IMG/VR virus record: IMGVR_UViG_3300009051_000214
Coordinates: 1 to 26,504 of that record
Strand: one strand, 5' to 3'
Length of the DNA: 26,504 nt
DNA from: a virus
Taxonomy: Duplodnaviria > Caudoviricetes
Position numbers and translations under genes: made by a program
The notes under the pieces: model-generated
Told to the model about the DNA's origin: nothing
The model's input: only the letters and a program-made list of their open reading frames with translations
Databases searched by the model: none
Shown here: positions 1 to 6,294 of the stretch, piece by piece
Layout of the letters: each line of letters begins with the position of its first letter
Numbering within the stretch: the first letter of the stretch is position 1

Positions 1-1
1 A

Positions 2-130
2 GAGAAAAGAGAGAGCCTGATGTATACAGGTTCTTTGGTAAAGGGCATCGCAACAATGCACAAAAGCAATGCGGTGCCTGTAAGCGATGAAGAGCAAATG
101 AAAGACATTTCTCGCATGAGGCGAGGCTAA
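2..130 (+). CDS. 3' end of conserved T4-like phage hypothetical protein (partial, not in ORF track)
   Basis: Frame 2 reads EKRESLMYTGSLVKGIATMHKSNAVPVSDEEQMKDISRMRRG* with stop at 128-130; the YTG..VKGIATMHKSNAVP motif is familiar from T4-like phage hypotheticals. Confidence 0.7.
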   Translation, partial: EKRESLMYTGSLVKGIATMHKSNAVPVSDEEQMKDISRMRRG

Positions 131-144
131 CATAGGAGATTTTT

Positions 145-357
145 ATGACTGTTCACACACAGGCTGCTGTTGAAACCGTGAAGACTGTTGCAGGATATGT
201 CGCAGGTGGAGTTGCGTTTTATTTTCTGCTTAATTTCCTTGGACCAAAACTTGGATTAATTCTAATGCTTGTTTCGTTGGTTGGTTGGGTTGCTTGGATG
301 ACATATGCATATTATGTTGACAAGTTTACTTGGGAAGAGAAATATAAAGAGCAATGA
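145..357 (+). CDS. small hypothetical membrane protein (about 2 TM segments)
   Basis: SD AGGAGA upstream; two hydrophobic stretches; stop overlaps the next ATG (ATGA). Confidence 0.75.
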   Translation: MTVHTQAAVETVKTVAGYVAGGVAFYFLLNFLGPKLGLILMLVSLVGWVAWMTYAYYVDKFTWEEKYKEQ

Positions 358-530
358 GTCCATGTAAAGGCATATGCACTCTAGACACCCGACGTGAATT
401 TTGCGTCGGGTGTTTTCGCACATCTGCAGAAATAACTGATTGGTATAAGTTGCCCTATATAGAAAAAGAGCGTATAATTGAAGAATGCAAAAAACGTGAG
501 GTGGATTATGCCAGCAAAAACAGGAACTAA
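354..530 (+). CDS. DUF1289-like Cys-rich small protein, 58 aa (not in ORF track)
   Basis: MSPCKGICTLDTRREFCVGCFRTSAEITDWYKLPYIEKERIIEECKKREVDYASKNRN: the SPCxxxC...CxGCxRTxxEIxxW pattern is the DUF1289 signature; ATGA coupling at 354-357. Confidence 0.8.
   Translation: MSPCKGICTLDTRREFCVGCFRTSAEITDWYKLPYIEKERIIEECKKREVDYASKNRN
385..416 (+). terminator. intrinsic terminator-like hairpin inside the DUF1289 CDS
   Basis: Perfect 10-bp inverted repeat ACACCCGACG (385-394) / CGTCGGGTGT (404-413), 9-nt loop, ending in a short T run (413-416). Confidence 0.45.
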
Positions 531-597
531 AGGTTTCGGTAAAGGTCGCGCTAAACTCGGATCAAAGAAGCGCAAGGCGCGTCGAAAGAAATCGTGA
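508..597 (+). CDS. 29-aa Lys/Arg-rich peptide (not in ORF track)
   Basis: MPAKTGTKGFGKGRAKLGSKKRKARRKKS; SD GAGGTG at 498-503; its TGA overlaps the GTG start of the next gene (GTGA 594-597) and it fills the gap exactly. Confidence 0.7.
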   Translation: MPAKTGTKGFGKGRAKLGSKKRKARRKKS

Positions 598-857
598 CAA
601 AAATAAATTCAATCACACCCAAGTATGATATTACTTGGTATGTGAAGTGGACTGCCAGTATCATTGTTTTGGTTGGCATTACTATTCGAGCAAGTGGAGT
701 TACTCAACTTCAGTGGCTAGATATTGTATGCAGTTGGATCGGTGCTGTTGGTTGGTTCTATGTTGGATTCAAATGGAATGATCGTGCGCTGATGGTTCTA
801 AACGGAGTCATCGGTGTTATTCTTTTTGCAGGAATATTGAGAGTGATTTTTTTATGA
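594..857 (+). CDS. hypothetical membrane protein (about 3 TM segments)
   Basis: Three hydrophobic segments; WYVKWTAS and WNDRALMVLNG motifs; translationally coupled at both ends. Confidence 0.75.
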   Translation: MTKINSITPKYDITWYVKWTASIIVLVGITIRASGVTQLQWLDIVCSWIGAVGWFYVGFKWNDRALMVLNGVIGVILFAGILRVIFL

Positions 858-1342
858 AGATTACAATCGGTAAATATCCGAAAAACGGAAATCAGAAAAA
901 GTCTATTCGCATTGATCCATGGGACACATGGAGCATGGATAGCACTCTTGCCGATATCATTCTCCCAATGCTCAAGCAGTTGCGCAAGACTCAACATGGC
1001 GCACCCTGCACCGATGATGAAGATGCACCTGAGCATCTTCGTTCGACTGCTGCCAAGCCCAAGAAAAATGAGTGGGACACAGATGAGTTTCACTTCAAGC
1101 GTTGGGACTGGATTATGAAAGAGATGATCTGGGCATTTGGTGAGCATGCAAAAGATCGTGAGCCAAATTTCTGGATTAAGAAACCCAAACATAAGTGGGT
1201 GGACGTTGAAGGTCAAGACTGGAAAGAAATGGTCACGACTGACAAAGGCATCTACGACGAAGAAAAAGCCAAGGCATATTGGGAACGCAAAAGAAACGGT
1301 TTTCGTTTGTTTGGAAAATACTATCAGAATCTCTGGGATTAA
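854..1342 (+). CDS. conserved T4-like phage hypothetical protein
   Basis: IRIDPWDTWSMDSTLA...GFRLFGKYYQNLWD pattern common in T4-like phages; coupled to neighbours. Confidence 0.8.
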   Translation: MKITIGKYPKNGNQKKSIRIDPWDTWSMDSTLADIILPMLKQLRKTQHGAPCTDDEDAPEHLRSTAAKPKKNEWDTDEFHFKRWDWIMKEMIWAFGEHAKDREPNFWIKKPKHKWVDVEGQDWKEMVTTDKGIYDEEKAKAYWERKRNGFRLFGKYYQNLWD

Positions 1343-2101
1343 ATGTTTAATAAACTTAATGCTGCCGATCTTACTTCATTAGAACGGCAGTTTGAAAAAT
1401 CAAAACCATTTCAACACATTGTCATTGATAACTTCTTTGAAGAGCAGTTTGCTCTAAAGATTGCAGATGAATTCCCAAACCACGATGATTCTATTTGGAC
1501 AGTGGCATATGACAATCCTGTAGAAAAGAAAAAAGCATGTTCTCACTGGGACAGGTTTCCTCCATCGATCTACAATGCAATGTTTAATCTTTGCAATAAT
1601 TCTTTCGTCAATACACTAAAAACGATAACACAAAATCATCATTTGTTCGCAGACTTTGGATTGCATGGTGGTGGGATGCACTCTCATAATGTTGGTGGTA
1701 AACTAAACGTTCACAAAGATTATTCTTTGCATCCCAAGATCCCATTCATGCGCAATTATAATCTTATCATTTACATGACACCGAACTGGAAATCTTCATG
1801 GGGTGGTGGTTTAGAATTTTGGAGTCATGACGAGGAAAGTGGTCAACCAAAAGAATGCATCACTAAAATTGAAAACAAATTTAATCGCGCAGTTCTATTC
1901 AATACAACACAAAATTCTTGGCATGGATTACCTGAACCATTACGTTGTCCAGCCAATATTGCACGAAGAAGTCTAGCAGTCTACTATGTGAGTGATATAG
2001 ATAGTAAAGCAGAGCCGAGAAAACGCGCTCTCTATGCCCCATATGGTGATCAAAATAATGATCTAAGTGTTCTTGAATTTTGTAAAAAGAGAAGTGCATG
2101 A
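1343..2101 (+). CDS. 2OG-Fe(II) oxygenase (prolyl-4-hydroxylase-like superfamily)
   Basis: PFQHIVIDNF start, HKD (HxD), NLIIY, WGGGLEFW, FNRAVLF, SWHG (distal His), RRSLAVYY (2OG-binding Arg). Confidence 0.9.
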   Translation: MFNKLNAADLTSLERQFEKSKPFQHIVIDNFFEEQFALKIADEFPNHDDSIWTVAYDNPVEKKKACSHWDRFPPSIYNAMFNLCNNSFVNTLKTITQNHHLFADFGLHGGGMHSHNVGGKLNVHKDYSLHPKIPFMRNYNLIIYMTPNWKSSWGGGLEFWSHDEESGQPKECITKIENKFNRAVLFNTTQNSWHGLPEPLRCPANIARRSLAVYYVSDIDSKAEPRKRALYAPYGDQNNDLSVLEFCKKRSA

Positions 2102-2838
2102 AAGTATCTGTTATAACAGCAACTGTCGGTAAACCTGAACTGGCAGAATGTATTGAATCCGTAAGAAAACAAACTTACAAAAATGTTGAACACATTGTTG
2201 TAGTCGATGGTCGTGAGCGTTGGGAATCAGCCAATGAAATTTTAAATGCTGTTGAGTTTCCTAATGGAACAAACGAGCATGTTTCTATCTTACCATATGC
2301 AACTGGAACTGATCGATTCAATGGTCACCGCATCTATGGTGCATATAATTTTCTTTCTAGCGGCGACTATATCATCTGGTTAGATGATGATAATACCATC
2401 GCATCTGATCATATTGAAAGTCTTGTCAAATTAGCCCAAGAAAATCAATTGCATTGGGCATATTCATTGCGAAAAATTATTGATGCAAAAGGTAAATTCA
2501 TTTGCAATGATAATTGCGAGAGTCTAGGTAAATGGAAGTCTGTTCTTAACGATAACTTTGTTGACGTCAACTGCTTCTTTGTTCGCCGTGATGTTGCAAT
2601 TCAAACTTCTCCAATTTGGAATAGAAAGGCGAGAGAACCAGGTGTCATGGAAGTTGATCGTGCTTTGTCTGCAGTTCTAATGCACCCTAATAACAAATTA
2701 AATTTTGATACCAACGGTAAATATTCAGTGAATTATCGAGTTGGTAGTACTGGCATTTCAGTTAAAGCAGATTTCTTTACCAAAGGAAACAAAATTATGA
2801 AGAAGAATTATAAAGGAGCATTCCCATGGAAAAAATGA
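2098..2838 (+). CDS. glycosyltransferase family 2
   Basis: MKVSVITAT, CIESVRKQTY, HIVVVDG, IIWLDDD (DxD) GT-A motifs. Confidence 0.9.
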   Translation: MKVSVITATVGKPELAECIESVRKQTYKNVEHIVVVDGRERWESANEILNAVEFPNGTNEHVSILPYATGTDRFNGHRIYGAYNFLSSGDYIIWLDDDNTIASDHIESLVKLAQENQLHWAYSLRKIIDAKGKFICNDNCESLGKWKSVLNDNFVDVNCFFVRRDVAIQTSPIWNRKAREPGVMEVDRALSAVLMHPNNKLNFDTNGKYSVNYRVGSTGISVKADFFTKGNKIMKKNYKGAFPWKK

Positions 2839-4211
2839 TTCCATCATCGTACGATGTCTTTGATACACTAATTGCTCGAAGATTCATAACTAATGATTAC
2901 ACCTTATCAATGATGGAGTCATTTTCGAAAAAACCAAATTTCGCTGCAGAACGAAAGGCAGCAGATACTGGTAGCCGATCTCTCTATCAAATTTATGAGG
3001 CACTAGTACACAAAGGTTTCATCACTCAAGATGAATTGATGACATTCTATAAATTAGAAGTTGAGTTGGAAAAGAAACACACCTTTCCATTAATGCATAT
3101 CAATAATGTTTTTGATGGCGACATTCTCATTTCTGACATGTATCTTTCTGGAGCAGACATTTTAGAGTTAGTGCGTAATGCTGGATGTAACTCTCAGGTG
3201 ACGATCTATCAATCAAATGCTGATAAACGAACAGGCGTTGTTTGGGATAAACTAAAAGGATTTGAATTGGCTGACCACACAGGTGATAATTTAGTCTCAG
3301 ATATTGAAAATGCTCAGGAGCGAGGATTTTCAACAGTTCAGTATATTGATGCTGTTAATCTGACTGGAATGGAAAAAATTCTCGCCAAAAATAATTTAAA
3401 CTTTATGAGTGCACTGGTGAGAGAGGTTAGACTTCGAACACCATATTCAAAAAACAAAGAATTGACATCTGTTGCCAATCAATTAAATCTTCCGATGCTT
3501 TTATTCATTTGCGAAATGTTGCATCGAAAATATGCAAAAAAGAACATGGTGTTTCTTGGCAGAGATTGTCAGTTGTTATATAAACTATACAATGCATATT
3601 ACCAAACTGCATATTATGTCCCATTCTCCCGTAAAGTTGCGTATGAGCAGCCACAAGAATCGGTTGAATACTTAAAGGCACACATGCCACCAGATGCAGT
3701 TTTGGTTGATATGGGAAGCACTGGTGCGACGTGGGAGCATCTCTGCAAATTACATCTATTTAATATTGAAGTAGTTGTCTATTCAGACTCATTCTTTTAT
3801 GGTGATCATAAACCAGTTATTCCAGAAACATTTTCTTGGTTAGCAAAGAAAACAGAAATTAAGCCGACCAACGAAGTTATGGAAGTATTCAACTGCGCAG
3901 ATCATGGCTATCTTGATCAGATCTTGAATCATAATGGAGTCTATTTCGCTAAATTTGGACCACATGAAATGGATGAAGATGATACGACAGATATTCACTA
4001 TCCAATCAATATGGCAGTCGAAACTGCAAGCAACTATGGAAATAATATATCACAAGAGTTATCTAAACTTTCTGAAGATGATCTATTTGGAACTTTCTCT
4101 GAACTTGCTGGTCTACTTTGTATACGAACAGAAACACTCAGTTTCTTGAAGGGTTATGCTGTGAAGCAACATGAGTATATGGAAAAGGTGTTAAATGCAA
4201 AGAATAGTTAA
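2826..4211 (+). CDS. HAD phosphatase + phosphoribosyltransferase-like fusion; probable glycan ribofuranosyltransferase
   Basis: N-terminal HAD motifs YDVFDTL, LISDMYL, K, HTGDNLVSD; C-terminal half has VFLGRDC, FSRK and VLVDMGSTGAT, resembling a PRPP-binding loop. Confidence 0.7.
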   Translation: MEKMIPSSYDVFDTLIARRFITNDYTLSMMESFSKKPNFAAERKAADTGSRSLYQIYEALVHKGFITQDELMTFYKLEVELEKKHTFPLMHINNVFDGDILISDMYLSGADILELVRNAGCNSQVTIYQSNADKRTGVVWDKLKGFELADHTGDNLVSDIENAQERGFSTVQYIDAVNLTGMEKILAKNNLNFMSALVREVRLRTPYSKNKELTSVANQLNLPMLLFICEMLHRKYAKKNMVFLGRDCQLLYKLYNAYYQTAYYVPFSRKVAYEQPQESVEYLKAHMPPDAVLVDMGSTGATWEHLCKLHLFNIEVVVYSDSFFYGDHKPVIPETFSWLAKKTEIKPTNEVMEVFNCADHGYLDQILNHNGVYFAKFGPHEMDEDDTTDIHYPINMAVETASNYGNNISQELSKLSEDDLFGTFSELAGLLCIRTETLSFLKGYAVKQHEYMEKVLNAKNS

Positions 4212-4911
4212 TCAATTTGTATACAATCATGTTGGGTTTGATAGAATGCCAAACCCAACAGTTCCCGCATGGCTAGAAGAATCTTATAGTCAGTGCTATG
4301 AAGATGTTACGCTGATCATGATGTTGAATGCATATATGCTGAGAAACAACATCACCTCAACTACTATTTCATACATTGAGATTGGTGGCAATCATCCAGT
4401 AAGCACCAGTTCTTCTTATCTTCTTCAAAGAAGGTACAATGCAAATGGAATTATCGTTGAACCAGATCCAAAACTCGCAAAAGTTCTGCGAACATTTAGA
4501 CCAATGGATAATATTATTGAGGCAGCGGTGGTTGACACAGATGATAAAGAAATTGAATTCTATGTCAGCACATTGAATGAACTGTCAACAGCAAATAAAG
4601 ACTTCATTCAAAAGAATAATCTTACAGTTGAGCCAATCACTGTCAAGACAATTAGAGTTAATGACTTGTTGGAGATGACTACCAATGTTGGCTCGTTGTT
4701 TTTAAGTATTGATGTAGAAGGATTAGATATTAGAATTTTAAAAGACATCAATTTCTCTTTGTATAGACCACATTTCATTACAATTGAGCCAAGTGAACAT
4801 TTGATTCCAGGTGCATCAAGCGAGATAATCTCTTATCTAAAAGAAAAAGAATATCGTCTTGTTGCTCAAAACTATGTCAATCTAATGTTCGAAGATTCGA
4901 GGAAAGGATAA
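4195..4911 (+). CDS. FkbM-family SAM-dependent methyltransferase
   Basis: YSQCYED, YIEIGGNHP, GIIVEPDP, FLSIDVEGLD motifs. Confidence 0.9.
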   Translation: MQRIVNQFVYNHVGFDRMPNPTVPAWLEESYSQCYEDVTLIMMLNAYMLRNNITSTTISYIEIGGNHPVSTSSSYLLQRRYNANGIIVEPDPKLAKVLRTFRPMDNIIEAAVVDTDDKEIEFYVSTLNELSTANKDFIQKNNLTVEPITVKTIRVNDLLEMTTNVGSLFLSIDVEGLDIRILKDINFSLYRPHFITIEPSEHLIPGASSEIISYLKEKEYRLVAQNYVNLMFEDSRKG

Positions 4912-5624
4912 TGAACGCTTGTATCGCATCTTATTACATGCCCAATATCGACAAGAAAACTGTTGATTTGCAGGCAGCAGTCGTTAAGAAGTTTAATAGA
5001 ACAAAACTTCCACACTTTATAATGAAGGGTGAAATGCCACATGGTATTTTTATGGATTATTTTTGGACTATTTCTGGTGAAAAAGTTCATACTATTAATG
5101 CAGATATTCCAAAAACAATGATGTTTGATTACATTCTTTTTCTTGACATTGATTGTATTCCTGTTAGCGAGAATGCAATTGATTACTATGTTTCAAAGGC
5201 ATTTGAGGGTATGTTGATTGGCAACGCACAGCGTTCTGGGCATATCAATAACGGGAATCATTTGTTTGCTGCACCTTCTGCCGTAGCATTGTCACGAGAA
5301 TCTTTTTTGAAGATGGATAAACCATCTGCTCTTGAAACATCTCGCGGTGACGTTGCAGAAGAATATACTTATGAGGCAGAAAGAGTTGGTATAAAGGTTG
5401 AAATGATTTCACCAACAAGATATGATAGAGATGTTTATCGCTATGATTGGGAACAAGATCGACGCCCATACTGGACATTGGAGCATGGACTACCTAATTA
5501 CGGTCTTGGAACTACATACGGAAATGAGGAAATTGGTGATATGTTCTGGCACAATTTCCAAATTAGAGTTCCAGGACAACAAGAACATTTTTGGAAAAAA
5601 TGTGAGGATCTATTAAATGGCTAA
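4911..5624 (+). CDS. putative GT-A fold nucleotide-diphospho-sugar transferase
   Basis: YILFLDIDCIP (DxD after a hydrophobic strand), GDVAE, C-terminal WHNF; located in the glyco cluster. Confidence 0.65.
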   Translation: MNACIASYYMPNIDKKTVDLQAAVVKKFNRTKLPHFIMKGEMPHGIFMDYFWTISGEKVHTINADIPKTMMFDYILFLDIDCIPVSENAIDYYVSKAFEGMLIGNAQRSGHINNGNHLFAAPSAVALSRESFLKMDKPSALETSRGDVAEEYTYEAERVGIKVEMISPTRYDRDVYRYDWEQDRRPYWTLEHGLPNYGLGTTYGNEEIGDMFWHNFQIRVPGQQEHFWKKCEDLLNG

Positions 5625-5817
5625 TCGTTCTGATTTTTTTAGTGCAAAACTTCCGCGACATTTCAAACGTATGCTTGCGATGTCTGAGACTTATGGTTGG
5701 GTGAAGGACTCTCATGAGCGTGGCACAATCAAAAAGTATTTCATTGAAGCCCATGCAAATCATGTTGGTTTCAAGATGAAACGCCAAGCGCAAGAACCTT
5801 CAGGTCAAAATGAATAA
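5617..5817 (+). CDS. hypothetical protein
   Basis: SD GAGGA upstream; 8-nt overlaps with both neighbours. Confidence 0.7.
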   Translation: MANRSDFFSAKLPRHFKRMLAMSETYGWVKDSHERGTIKKYFIEAHANHVGFKMKRQAQEPSGQNE

Positions 5818-6067
5818 TCTTGCAGAACTTCGTGATCTGTTTACCAAAAATCAAATTGCAATAAAAGAATTTGGTGGTTGGTATCTTAAAGTTGATAAAG
5901 ATACTTGGACTATGGCGCATGATCGTTTTTACAAAAACGGATTGCCTCAAAATCTGAAAGAAAAAAATATATTTGATAATTACAAAAGGATAAAACAAAA
6001 TGACAATATCAGCACTCAAACTCGTAACTGGCGAGGAATTAGTTGTAGAAATCGCATCAGAAACTGA
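5810..6067 (+). CDS. hypothetical protein
   Basis: Coupled to the upstream gene; 3' end overlaps the next gene by 68 nt. Confidence 0.55.
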   Translation: MNNLAELRDLFTKNQIAIKEFGGWYLKVDKDTWTMAHDRFYKNGLPQNLKEKNIFDNYKRIKQNDNISTQTRNWRGISCRNRIRN

Positions 6068-6293
6068 TAATTATGTAGAATTCAAGAATCCTGTCGCTTG
6101 TGTGATGCAACGTTCAGAGAAAGGTCCAGTTCTTGGCTTTATGCCTTGGATGCAAGCAGGTGATGGTCCATTCGTTGTGAATAAAGACAAAATCGTTACA
6201 ACCTGTGAGGTTGCGCAAGAAGTTAAAAACGGATATAATCAAATCTTCGGAGCAGGAATTGTAGTGCCTCCCAAGGGTTTGATTACGGGGTAA
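6000..6293 (+). CDS. Sm-like fold conserved T4-like protein upstream of gp43
   Basis: LKLVTGEELV...KNP...FMPWM...YNQIFGAGIVVP pattern; usual position just before DNA polymerase in T4-like phages; SD AAGGA. Confidence 0.75.
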   Translation: MTISALKLVTGEELVVEIASETDNYVEFKNPVACVMQRSEKGPVLGFMPWMQAGDGPFVVNKDKIVTTCEVAQEVKNGYNQIFGAGIVVPPKGLITG

Positions 6294-6294
6294 T

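Noticed and set aside
508-597. Similarity of KGFGKGRAK to the histone H4 tail (KGLGKGGAK)
   Set aside because: Short, low-complexity match in a bacteriophage; likely coincidence
1343-2101. TET/JBP-type DNA base hydroxylase call for the oxygenase
   Set aside because: Motifs fit the P4H-like group and no DNA cytosine methyltransferase is adjacent; a DNA target stays only a hypothesis
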